IMG/VR virus record: IMGVR_UViG_3300011126_000093
Source: a virus
Length of the DNA stretch: 38,861 nucleotides
Strand: one strand, 5' to 3'
Below, piece after piece: positions 6,610-14,159 of the stretch. The notes beneath the pieces were generated by a model. The model was given only the letters and a program-made list of their open reading frames with translations. It did not search any database and was not told the DNA's origin. The translations under genes were made by a program, and so were the position numbers. Position 1 is the stretch's first letter; every line of letters starts with the position of its first letter.

Positions 6610-7484
6610 TTAACACCGCCGTTACTTTTAACCGTAAGCGCCTGTATCGCGCTCTGTGCTGATTCCTCAGTAAGTTCTGACACTGGCATACCTAGCCATC
6701 TATCGAAGCGCTCTAGCGCCTCAGGAGGCACGTTGTCACGATATTGATTCAACCAACCTGCCGTCTCTGGCTGAATTGGCGTTACATCCCTAACGGCTTC
6801 ATCACTTTCAATTCCTTCATCACCTTCTGAATTCAGGTAATCAATCGCATGATTTAGGCGGTCAACCTTCGGCCAGTACTTTGACGCTCGCTTTACCACT
6901 GTCTTACGGCACATTTCCTCAAAATCGGTCATCCATGGGCCTTTGTTCTTCTTGCCTGATTCGCTTCTTGCTTTAATTGCATTAAGCTGAGCTATGCTCA
7001 TTTCTTCCGTCAGATAGGCACCTGTCGAAGTCTTAACAGTGCAGTAAGCGCCAATAATGGAACCACGGTCACCAAAGCTATTGCACTTATGTACAGGCGC
7101 TTTATCAATACCTTGATTTTCGTAAAAGTCAGCTTCATAGACTAGTTTCGACTGCCCCCACTCAATAGAGCCGGTAGACTGCGCCAAATGAAGCAAACCC
7201 ATGTATGAAATATCAAGGCATATTAAGCCTTTGCGTGGGACAAGATAAGCGTGCTTTCCTGCCGGGTTTAAGCTAATACCAATGGCTGAGGCATTGCGCA
7301 AAGCATTCTGTACGCTTACAGGGTTCTGCCTTGCCACATCAGCCGAGTAATCGTTAGCCAATAAAAGCTGTGTTGCGTAGTTCATTTCCGCTTGAATATT
7401 AATAGACTTGTGGCTCTGTATTAGCTGCACACACTCGGGCTCTACGCCTCTGATTATGTCTGGCACTTGCATTACTTTGTTCAT
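6606..7484 (-). CDS. recT: RecT-family single-strand annealing protein
   Basis: NPVSVQNALRNASAIGISLNP...AYLVPR is RecT-like. Start taken at ATG 7484 (AGGGGATTGATATG), because the track's GTG at 7511 lies inside the promoter -10. Confidence 0.75.
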   Translation of the reverse strand: MNKVMQVPDIIRGVEPECVQLIQSHKSINIQAEMNYATQLLLANDYSADVARQNPVSVQNALRNASAIGISLNPAGKHAYLVPRKGLICLDISYMGLLHLAQSTGSIEWGQSKLVYEADFYENQGIDKAPVHKCNSFGDRGSIIGAYCTVKTSTGAYLTEEMSIAQLNAIKARSESGKKNKGPWMTDFEEMCRKTVVKRASKYWPKVDRLNHAIDYLNSEGDEGIESDEAVRDVTPIQPETAGWLNQYRDNVPPEALERFDRWLGMPVSELTEESAQSAIQALTVKSNGGVK

Positions 7485-7509
7485 ATCAATCCCCTGTGTT
7501 GATAACCCC

Positions 7510-7554
7510 ACTATAGCTAAGCTGGGGGTTTTTGGTAGGACATTACGCGCCTAG
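7510..7554 (-). promoter_or_regulatory. Box-type promoter (TAGGCGC-N5-GTCCTAC, 19 bp, TATAGT)
   Basis: Minus strand reads CTAGGCGCGTAATGTCCTAC-N19-TATAGT, upstream of recT. Confidence 0.6.
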
Positions 7555-7555
7555 T

Positions 7556-8326
7556 TTACTTGATCAGCTCGAATTCTTTCTCAGACCATCGCGCCATATA
7601 ATCTGCCATTTTTGCGACCTCAATATGTACCGGGTCTTTCTTGCCTAAGCGGTTGTTGTACTTATTGACCATTTCCCACATCAGCACGCGGGCTACTTCC
7701 GGCTCGTACTTATTCCACCATTCGTCAATCAGGTCGGTTCCGTCCTTGCGTTTGTGATGGCTAACGTCGTGAGTTGTTTCTGGCTTTTCGTAATGCTCGC
7801 CATCGTTACCGTTTTGACCTACAACATCCTGGCGGCCTTCGGGCCATTCTTCACTTTCTTTAGGTAGTAGGGTGAATTTCAAATCATTGTGGTAGTTTTC
7901 ACCCACAGACCTGCCGTCGTGGCGAAGCGGGCCTACAACGCCATCTGCATCTCTGCCTATCACATAAAGCTCATCATCATAAAACCCCCAGAAGCCATAC
8001 TCTCCCGTAATATACCCATCAAACCTCACCTTGCGCCCTATCAAGTCCTCACTCACCGGCCACTCTAGCGGCTGCTCTTTGTTGTCCGTGCTTAGTGCGT
8101 CTAGCAGGGTGAAGTCGATCTCAAATACGCGCCCGTTACTCCATCCGATAGGTTTTTCTGTCCCAGTACACCACCCTGATGAGCTATTACCCCAGTAACT
8201 ATACCTATTAAGACCAATATCAATATCTCTGTAGTAGTCTATTTCCGATCCATTATTAATTAGCCTGCAACAATCCGCCCCTATCTCCCGCGCAAACTTC
8301 AGCTGTTCAATCGTTAAATCTTGCAT
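7556..8326 (-). CDS. hypothetical protein (256 aa); C-terminus possibly DUF3310-like
   Basis: C-terminal HY...DLIDEWW...MVNKYNNRLGKKD...AKMADYMARW is reminiscent of DUF3310 (from memory, weak). Confidence 0.5.
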   Translation of the reverse strand: MQDLTIEQLKFAREIGADCCRLINNGSEIDYYRDIDIGLNRYSYWGNSSSGWCTGTEKPIGWSNGRVFEIDFTLLDALSTDNKEQPLEWPVSEDLIGRKVRFDGYITGEYGFWGFYDDELYVIGRDADGVVGPLRHDGRSVGENYHNDLKFTLLPKESEEWPEGRQDVVGQNGNDGEHYEKPETTHDVSHHKRKDGTDLIDEWWNKYEPEVARVLMWEMVNKYNNRLGKKDPVHIEVAKMADYMARWSEKEFELIK

Positions 8327-8501
8327 TGTCTATCCCCTCGCTTTCGTAATATTCAGCCAGACTTATATACTGGCGTTCCGGTTTACTCTCATTTAGCGCG
8401 TTTAATCCGATTGTCATAGACGCTATGCAAATCGTAAACGCTGCCGATACTCCAAGCCCTACAAAGAGGCTTTTTATTTGATACTGTATAAATTGTTTCA
8501 T
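8307..8501 (-). CDS. small single-pass membrane protein (64 aa)
   Basis: Start at ATG 8501 (AAGAGGTAAAACAATG); hydrophobic LFVGLGVSAAFTICIASMTIGL. Confidence 0.5.
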   Translation of the reverse strand: MKQFIQYQIKSLFVGLGVSAAFTICIASMTIGLNALNESKPERQYISLAEYYESEGIDNARFND

Positions 8502-8513
8502 TGTTTTACCTCT

Positions 8514-8563
8514 TAATAACACACGCCAGCATAAGACCTTCGGCTCACGCGTGCGGCGTTAGG
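8514..8563 (-). repeat. Intercistronic hairpin element, subfamily 1
   Basis: TAATAACACACGCCAGCATAAGACCTTCGGCTCACGCGTGCGGCGTTAGG. Shares TAATAACACA and AGACCTTCGGCT with 681-730. Confidence 0.55.
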
Positions 8564-8750
8564 CGCTCAACTCTTTCGCTTCTTTGATAATTTCTGCTTG
8601 ATTGAAATTGCCGCCTGCAACTGCCTCGGCCAGTAATTGAAATCTGCGCCATTTTTCAACAGCCTCACAAACTACTTCATTGCCCATCGGGTCGTAGTCT
8701 CGCTCTTTTTCCCGCGTAACGTATCCAACCCTATAAACATGTTCAATCAT
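8559..8750 (-). CDS. hypothetical protein (63 aa)
   Basis: ORF track 8559..8774; preferred start is ATG 8750 after GGGAGAA. Confidence 0.5.
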   Translation of the reverse strand: MIEHVYRVGYVTREKERDYDPMGNEVVCEAVEKWRRFQLLAEAVAGGNFNQAEIIKEAKELSA

Positions 8751-8829
8751 TGTGGTTTCTCCCGCGCCTAACAAGGCGCTGTAAGTTTATTTCGCTGGCG
8801 ATCAAAATTAATCGCCGGGTTATTAATTA

Positions 8830-8874
8830 ATCTTACCAACTCCACACAATCACGCTAGGACACTTTGCGCCTAG
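8830..8874 (-). promoter_or_regulatory. Box-type promoter (perfect dyad CTAGG-N10-CCTAG, 19 bp, TAAGAT)
   Basis: Minus strand reads CTAGGCGCAAAGTGTCCTAG-N19-TAAGAT; overlaps the dnaB stop. Confidence 0.6.
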
Positions 8875-10211
8875 TTTTGGCTCTGGAATGAATCGCTTAG
8901 GTTTCCAAATCGACTAAAACGCAAGTCGTCTTTCATGTAAGCCGTTCCCAGTTCACCGTCTCGACTCTTACTAATAATAGCCTCTGCAACGCCTTTATAC
9001 TCTGTGTCCGGGTTGTATATCTCATCACGATAAACACCTATAACAGCATCCAAATCAGCCTCAATTTTACCAGAATCTCGAATATCGTGTTTCATCGGCC
9101 TGCGGTCTGGCCGGTTTGTTATGCCTCGGTTTACTTGGAATAGCGGAAGAATACAAACGCCGGTTTCCAGCGCTAAGAATTTCAACCCTTTCGATATATT
9201 ACCCAGCTCATTAACGATGTCCTTGCCCGGAATGCTCATTAAGTGAACGTGGTCAACGACAACTAAAAGCCGCTCCGTGTGGCCTTCTGCCTTCATCTTG
9301 CGCACCCAAGCCTTAATCCTTGCAGTTAGTGTTGATATGGTCTGCCGTGCTCCACCGTCAATAGTTAGCGGTAAGCCTTTCAGCTTTTGCGTTCCTGCCG
9401 CCAGTCGTGGCCATTGCTCGTCAGGATTAGCAAAGCCGCGCGGGTCTCTTAGAAAGTCACGGTTGACATCGCCAGCAGATGATATAAAACGATTCATCAT
9501 TTGCGCTGGCGGCATTTCCATCGTCGCGTAAAAAACAGGGATGCCCATATTTAAACTGGTTTCCGCTGCTGTTTGAGCAAGTGTGGATTTCCCCGAACTT
9601 GTCGCACCGATAATCCCGATAACTCGGCTTGGTTCAGGTACTAGCATCTTATCAAGCTGGTCTATTCCAAACGTCCAATCATCACCCTCGAAGTTAAATC
9701 GCTCATCAATGCGAGTAATTGCAAGCCTGAGAGCGTCGTCACCGCTGATAATGTCGCCAGTGTTGCAGTCATCATCCATTCTCTGCAACTGTGTGGCCGT
9801 GTAATCCTTTACCTCCTCCGTCTCCGCCCCTTCGTCAATCTTCGCGCGAATATCGCCTGACAGGGCCACTAAGGAGCGCCTGCGCGAACGATCTATGATA
9901 ATTTCGGCGTATGCCTTGGCGTTGTCGATTGACGGCGTTATATCGACCATGCGAGACAGATAAGCCGCCCCACTCGCCGCCTCTAGCTTCCCGGTTAACT
10001 CTAGCCGCTCCGCAACAGTCACAACGTCCGTCGGCTGCGCACTCTCTGACAAGTGCGTGATTGCTTCAAAAACTAGCTTGTGATTCCCGCCGTAAAAGTG
10101 GCTAGCTTGAAGCCCTACCTCTGTCACGATGTCGAAAGCTATCTCATCTAACATGATAGCCCCAAGAACGCTTTGCTCAGCTTCTTGACTGTACAACTTG
10201 CTATCGTTCAT
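8871..10211 (-). CDS. dnaB: DnaB-family replicative helicase
   Basis: N-terminal SQEAEQSVLGAIMLDE, Walker A GATSSGKST and a length of 446 aa. Confidence 0.85.
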   Translation of the reverse strand: MNDSKLYSQEAEQSVLGAIMLDEIAFDIVTEVGLQASHFYGGNHKLVFEAITHLSESAQPTDVVTVAERLELTGKLEAASGAAYLSRMVDITPSIDNAKAYAEIIIDRSRRRSLVALSGDIRAKIDEGAETEEVKDYTATQLQRMDDDCNTGDIISGDDALRLAITRIDERFNFEGDDWTFGIDQLDKMLVPEPSRVIGIIGATSSGKSTLAQTAAETSLNMGIPVFYATMEMPPAQMMNRFISSAGDVNRDFLRDPRGFANPDEQWPRLAAGTQKLKGLPLTIDGGARQTISTLTARIKAWVRKMKAEGHTERLLVVVDHVHLMSIPGKDIVNELGNISKGLKFLALETGVCILPLFQVNRGITNRPDRRPMKHDIRDSGKIEADLDAVIGVYRDEIYNPDTEYKGVAEAIISKSRDGELGTAYMKDDLRFSRFGNLSDSFQSQN

Positions 10212-10245
10212 TAATCCCCCTGATTATTATTAGTGCGCTGTATTG

Positions 10246-10500
10246 CTATTTATTGTCTTTCTTAACAACCTTCTTTTTTACCAGTTCATATTCACAAAGC
10301 ACCGACTCAAGTGCATTTTTAATAGCTTTCGCATGATTTATTCTTCCAGCCTCACCCCATGGTACGCCATCCCACCTTGATGGATGGCGCTTTTCGGCAT
10401 AAGCCTTACTTGCTCGCTCTATCATTTCATTTGTAACTTTCACACCTACCTCCCCGCGCCGTGGCGCTTTGTTATTCGCTGAAAATCCGATCAAACTCAT
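10246..10500 (-). CDS. hypothetical protein (the start may be GTG 10443, after GGGGAGGTAGGT)
   Basis: ORF track; an alternative strong SD lies before the internal GTG. Confidence 0.5.
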   Translation of the reverse strand: MSLIGFSANNKAPRRGEVGVKVTNEMIERASKAYAEKRHPSRWDGVPWGEAGRINHAKAIKNALESVLCEYELVKKKVVKKDNK

Positions 10501-10654
10501 CTACAGCCATTTTAGCTCTAGAGGCTGCGACGTTCCCACCATACTTCCTGATTTCACCCTGATTTAAAACATAAACCTCTTTGTATAACTGCATGCGAAT
10601 AATAAGTCGCTGCTGGTCGGACTCTTGAACACCATGCTGTTTTTCATCTGCCAT
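10472..10654 (-). CDS. hypothetical protein (60 aa)
   Basis: ORF track; SD GGAGAGGG lies before the ATG. Confidence 0.55.
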   Translation of the reverse strand: MADEKQHGVQESDQQRLIIRMQLYKEVYVLNQGEIRKYGGNVAASRAKMAVDEFDRIFSE

Positions 10655-10676
10655 AACCCTCTCCTGCTTGTTGTTT

Positions 10677-10731
10677 CATAACACCTCATGCGCGGCGATC
10701 TCGTACCTCGACGCGCGTCCTCTTTGTTATT
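10677..10731 (-). repeat. Intercistronic hairpin element, subfamily 2
   Basis: CATAACACCTCATGCGCGGCGATCTCGTACCTCGACGCGCGTCCTCTTTGTTATT. Stem GCGCGGCGA/TCGACGCGC. The upstream TAA stop lies inside the AATAACA arm. Confidence 0.65.
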
Positions 10732-10909
10732 TTGCGTTCAGTGAATTCCAAAGTTTAAATGCCCAAGGGGATATGCTTGATCTAGTCATGTTTTCACAGC
10801 ATGAATACATATAATCTCCGCGTGGGCGACTTAGCGCTGGTTTCTCGCCACAAGTCTTGCAAACTAACAATTCACTCAAATCGGACTCGCTTTTTTTCGC
10901 ATTACTCAT
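10727..10909 (-). CDS. zinc-ribbon protein, weakly Lar-like (60 aa)
   Basis: CKTCGEKP...SCC...AFKLWNSLNA loosely parallels the CPFCG...WNRRA pattern. Confidence 0.45.
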   Translation of the reverse strand: MSNAKKSESDLSELLVCKTCGEKPALSRPRGDYMYSCCENMTRSSISPWAFKLWNSLNAK

Positions 10910-10933
10910 AAATTCTCTCCGTTTAGCTCTGGG

Positions 10934-11137
10934 TTATGTGTTTAATAGTTTATCAACGTCCCCCATCCATCGGATAACATCTTTAGCGTGCATGTTTTTT
11001 ATTGTTACAGCCTCTTTACCGTCATCTTTAGAGAAATAAGTTCTCATTTCACGCAAAAGCTCACACATAACAAGTGCGTCAACGCGACCGCCTAACTCTG
11101 TGCTTACTTCTGGTTTCTCTGTTTCGTTATCCATCAT
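10934..11137 (-). CDS. hypothetical protein (67 aa)
   Basis: ORF track; SD TGGAG lies before the ATG. Confidence 0.55.
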   Translation of the reverse strand: MMDNETEKPEVSTELGGRVDALVMCELLREMRTYFSKDDGKEAVTIKNMHAKDVIRWMGDVDKLLNT

Positions 11138-11185
11138 ATTTGCTCCAATATTTGTTTAATTAATGCGGCACGTTACCCAAGGGCC

Positions 11186-11231
11186 ATAAAACCACACTCA
11201 CCGCCCAAGCCATAGGACTGTTTGCGCCTAT
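11186..11231 (-). promoter_or_regulatory. Box-type promoter, weaker (perfect dyad ATAGG-N10-CCTAT, 20 bp, TTTTAT)
   Basis: Minus strand reads ATAGGCGCAAACAGTCCTAT-N20-TTTTAT. The -10 element is poor. Confidence 0.4.
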
Positions 11232-11254
11232 CTGTCAGCCCACTGTGTAGCGGC

Positions 11255-11425
11255 TTACCAGTCGTCCCACTTGTCATTTATTACAGACAACTTGTAGTCT
11301 TCACCACTCCTAACCATTAATCGGCTTACAAACTCATCATCGACTGAGGGCGACCTTAGCTTTAGTTTTCTAATCGTGTGGGCCTCAAACGCATCACGGC
11401 TTGTCTGCTCTTGTTTGTTAGTCAT
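11255..11425 (-). CDS. hypothetical protein (56 aa; below the ORF-track length cut-off)
   Basis: TAATG overlap with gene 11425..11706; MTNKQEQTSRDAFEAHTIRK...DKWDDW. Confidence 0.5.
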   Translation of the reverse strand: MTNKQEQTSRDAFEAHTIRKLKLRSPSVDDEFVSRLMVRSGEDYKLSVINDKWDDW

Positions 11426-11706
11426 TATTCACCCTCCGCGTTTTTAATTGCGTCACGAATCCTATCCGCAACATGCAACTGTTTTACGTGCCGATTAGCA
11501 CCACCATCTCTAGCGCTTAAGGTTGGCACCATTTCGCAGTCCACCGCCTCTTTCAAAGCCGCTAATAACTCATCACGCTGCTGTTTTAGCATGTCAATCT
11601 CGCTTTGCTGCTGAACCGCGTACCAGTTATCATGGTGGAAACATTCGGTCGCTTTGCATATTTCAATATCACCGCGCAATATGCAGTGCTTGCATTGATC
11701 AGTCAT
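11425..11706 (-). CDS. Cys-rich N-terminus plus coiled-coil protein (93 aa)
   Basis: Start at ATG 11706 after GGAGGGG; CKHC...C...C motifs. Confidence 0.55.
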   Translation of the reverse strand: MTDQCKHCILRGDIEICKATECFHHDNWYAVQQQSEIDMLKQQRDELLAALKEAVDCEMVPTLSARDGGANRHVKQLHVADRIRDAIKNAEGE

Positions 11707-11983
11707 TCCCCGCCCCTCCAATCTTAATGAAAATATTAGTGTTACTACCAATTATTGAGTCATCAACAGTTACGCCATCTATACAGACTTTTACGCCTTT
11801 CGTATTGTCTATATAAAAACAAGAGCCTTCGTTAAGCATGAGTACGCAATTTCCTATCAATTCAACATCGCACCCAAATTTGAGCCTGTGCTGTAATTTC
11901 TTACGCTCAACTCTCACCAGCCAACGTGGTACGCACTGGCCTTTTTTATACATATTCGATGGTAGCTTTCTTTTTTTACTCAT
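11699..11983 (-). CDS. hypothetical basic protein (94 aa)
   Basis: Start at ATG 11983 after GGAGGGG (the track start is TTG 11995). Confidence 0.5.
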   Translation of the reverse strand: MSKKRKLPSNMYKKGQCVPRWLVRVERKKLQHRLKFGCDVELIGNCVLMLNEGSCFYIDNTKGVKVCIDGVTVDDSIIGSNTNIFIKIGGAGND

Positions 11984-12099
11984 AATCCCCTCCAATTCTC
12001 ATAAGCCAAGTAAAAACCGATAACCAGCGCCATTACGCCAACAATCACAACAGCCGATCCTACATGCAGTGCGATTAGCTCTAGTGTTAGTGCGCTCAT
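11983..12099 (-). CDS. small membrane peptide (38 aa; below the ORF-track length cut-off)
   Basis: AGAGGGTTGATATG start; MSALTLELIALHVGSAVVIVGVMALVIGFYLAYENWRGL. ATGA overlap with the next gene. Confidence 0.45.
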
Positions 12100-12100
12100 A

Positions 12101-13036
12101 TCAACCCTCTTTAAACATGTTTAACAGGTTAGCAGCCTGCTCCTGATTTCGCTTCAGTTGCTCCGGCGTAGACTCTTGTCTTCTAACCGCTCTTGGCGAC
12201 ATCGCTGCATCTACGTCAACTTTAGTATTGTTCTGGTTGGTTTGGTAGGACGCATTGGGCCAAGTTAAAGGAACCTTCCAAGTTTCTTCAGTCAGATACT
12301 TAGTTATTCCGGGAACAAACCCGTTTCTCCAGCTTTCAGTCAGCTTCCGTTTTTTAACGTCTTCCAGCATTGCTGCAAAGTCGTCTTCAGTGAGACGCAT
12401 CTTCTTAGCTTTCTCCCACGGCGTTGCATCAGAACCACCGCGTCTGTTGGCTGGGTATTCAGCGTAAAACTGTTTCCAGTTGTCAGACTTCTTCAGTCTT
12501 GGCTTTTTTGGTTTCTCAGGTTTAGAGGTTTCTTTGTCTTCTGGAATCAAATCACACTGACCACCGTCGTCGCTAGACGCGAAATCTGTATTATTATTTT
12601 CTGTTCTATTCTCTTCTAATCTATTCTCTTCTAGAGGGTCTTTCTCGGATTTTGTCGGACTTTCTAGGACTCCTTTATTTTCAATGACTTGCGGCTTTTT
12701 TGCTGGATTGTCACTCCGTATTAGTTTTGCAGTGTAATCATCTGAAACCCTAGCCATTTTCAAGCAAGTGATAGTGCCTTGACTGTTTTCAAACAATCCA
12801 ATATCAACAAACTTCGTCATCATTTCCTGAACGCGCTGAGGTGTTGAGCCTGTATTTCTGGCTATAATTCTACAGTCATGCTCTAGCTCAAAAGTAAGAT
12901 TTCCCGGCTCTACCTTTCCAGCCACAAGCTCTAAGCAGTACCAGTACAGTCCGTAACCCTCAAGACCATAATCAAGTAAGACCTCTTGGAGTTTTGCGTC
13001 CATATTTGCTGTTGATTCGTGCTTAAACCATTTCAT
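12101..13036 (-). CDS. replisome organizer / replication initiator-like protein (DUF4373-type N-terminus)
   Basis: MKWFKHESTANMDAKLQEVLLDYGLEGYGLYWYCLELV matches the Lin1244/DUF4373 N-terminal pattern. Iterons lie in the central linker. Confidence 0.6.
   Translation of the reverse strand: MKWFKHESTANMDAKLQEVLLDYGLEGYGLYWYCLELVAGKVEPGNLTFELEHDCRIIARNTGSTPQRVQEMMTKFVDIGLFENSQGTITCLKMARVSDDYTAKLIRSDNPAKKPQVIENKGVLESPTKSEKDPLEENRLEENRTENNNTDFASSDDGGQCDLIPEDKETSKPEKPKKPRLKKSDNWKQFYAEYPANRRGGSDATPWEKAKKMRLTEDDFAAMLEDVKKRKLTESWRNGFVPGITKYLTEETWKVPLTWPNASYQTNQNNTKVDVDAAMSPRAVRRQESTPEQLKRNQEQAANLLNMFKEG
12222..12263 (-). promoter_or_regulatory. Box-type promoter-like site inside a CDS (TTGGCCC-N5-GTCCTAC, 17 bp, TACTAA)
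   Basis: Minus strand reads TTGGCCCAATGCGTCCTAC-N17-TACTAA, within the 3' end of the organizer gene. Confidence 0.35.
12606..12633. repeat. 2 x 13-bp direct repeat CTATTCTCTTCTA (15-bp period) beside an AT-rich tract; candidate origin iterons
   Basis: Copies at 12606-12618 and 12621-12633. Preceded by gtattattattttctgtt. Encodes LEENRLEENR. Confidence 0.5.
12641..12670. repeat. 3 x 10-bp tandem repeat TTT(C/G)T(C/A)GGA(T/C); candidate origin iterons
   Basis: TTTCTCGGAT TTTGTCGGAC TTTCTAGGAC read directly. Confidence 0.5.
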
Positions 13037-13725
13037 TGCAATGTATCCCCTTCATTAATTTTATTATTATGCTCAATAAACTGAGCGCTTATATTGTGTG
13101 ACACTTTTTCAAGCCACAACTTGAAAAATCTACCACCGTTCAGGTATAGAAAAAAACCTTCATACATGTTTTTTGCATAACCTAGTTGCCAAAGCATCAA
13201 GCCTCCATAGCAGAAATCCTCGTAACCGTATGTTCGCAATATAGCTAAATTCTCAATATCTCCACTCATCATATCGACGTGCTGAATTATTGATTCCTGC
13301 TTAATATGATCATCAGACAATTCTGACATTACGCAAAACATGCGTTCAGCCCCGCCATCAGGAAGGCAAATAACGTTCTCTACTTTTTTGTACACTTGGT
13401 CTATATCAAGGTAGGATTCACAAACCGCAAGCATTTTTGTAGCTACGTGAGCTATAGCTATCTCATCAGACTCGAACCGAAAGAATTCTTTATTACTAAC
13501 CCTTATCGAGTCGAATTCCCTATGTAGCATCTGCTCAACAACTTCTGGCTGAACAAAAAACTTAAAATAAGCATGATACAGACATTCAAAATCAGTAGGG
13601 ACGCCAGTACTTTTGCTTAGCTGACTAGTACGCTCGCTAACATCTTTTGTTGTAAAGCCTATTTTATATAAACCCGGCATTGATTCGTTTTTTAGAAGGT
13701 AAACGTAACCTGATTGTAATGACAT
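13033..13725 (-). CDS. T5orf172 (GIY-YIG superfamily) domain protein with an unknown C-terminal domain
   Basis: GYVYLLKNESMPGLYKIGFTTKDVSERTSQLSKSTGVPTDFE. The gene is visibly AT-rich (hand counts of 33-40% GC). Confidence 0.65.
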   Translation of the reverse strand: MSLQSGYVYLLKNESMPGLYKIGFTTKDVSERTSQLSKSTGVPTDFECLYHAYFKFFVQPEVVEQMLHREFDSIRVSNKEFFRFESDEIAIAHVATKMLAVCESYLDIDQVYKKVENVICLPDGGAERMFCVMSELSDDHIKQESIIQHVDMMSGDIENLAILRTYGYEDFCYGGLMLWQLGYAKNMYEGFFLYLNGGRFFKLWLEKVSHNISAQFIEHNNKINEGDTLQ

Positions 13726-13861
13726 AATGAAATCGCTTTTGTTAGGGCGGGGTACTCAGGGTAGGAACGCAGTAAACAAGTCAAACCGCAGACCTTTTCC
13801 CCCATAACAAACTCTTGTTTGGCTGATTCGTGACTCGGTTCCTACGCCTAATCACAATATA

Positions 13862-13889
13862 ATTATAGCAATACCCCTCAAAATGTAAA
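13862..13889 (-). promoter_or_regulatory. sigma70-consensus-like promoter (TTTACA-16-TATAAT)
   Basis: Minus strand reads TTTACATTTTGAGGGGTATTGCTATAAT. About 140 nt upstream of the T5orf172 ATG. Confidence 0.6.
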
Positions 13890-13910
13890 ACTAATATTTG
13901 TTTAAGGAGT

Positions 13911-13936
13911 GCCCCTAGCAGCATAGCTACTGGGGC
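13911..13936 (-). promoter_or_regulatory. Stem-loop after the early operon (GCCCC..TAGC / GCTA..GGGGC, with a 2-nt bulge)
   Basis: Read by eye. No U-run follows, so termination function is uncertain. Confidence 0.3.
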
Positions 13937-13967
13937 GGACGGCTAGGGTGCCGTGGTAGGAGTTTTA

Positions 13968-14159
13968 CTATAACACTGACTTTAGTGAATTCAAAAGCTC
14001 AAGCATCCTTGCTTCTTTTTCGATAATAGCTTCGTAAGTGAGCGGAACTTGCTTCTGACATTCAATGCGAACGTCGGCAGGACACAAGCGGCAGTTTGTT
14101 AAGCCGTACTTATCCTTGCCTACGCTCTCGCAGTGTTCGAAGATTGTGATGTGAGTCAC
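13968..14159 (-). CDS. hypothetical Cys-containing protein (63 aa, GTG start)
   Basis: GTGA overlap with the upstream small ORF; SD AAAGGAGG. Confidence 0.55.
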   Translation of the reverse strand: MTHITIFEHCESVGKDKYGLTNCRLCPADVRIECQKQVPLTYEAIIEKEARMLELLNSLKSVL

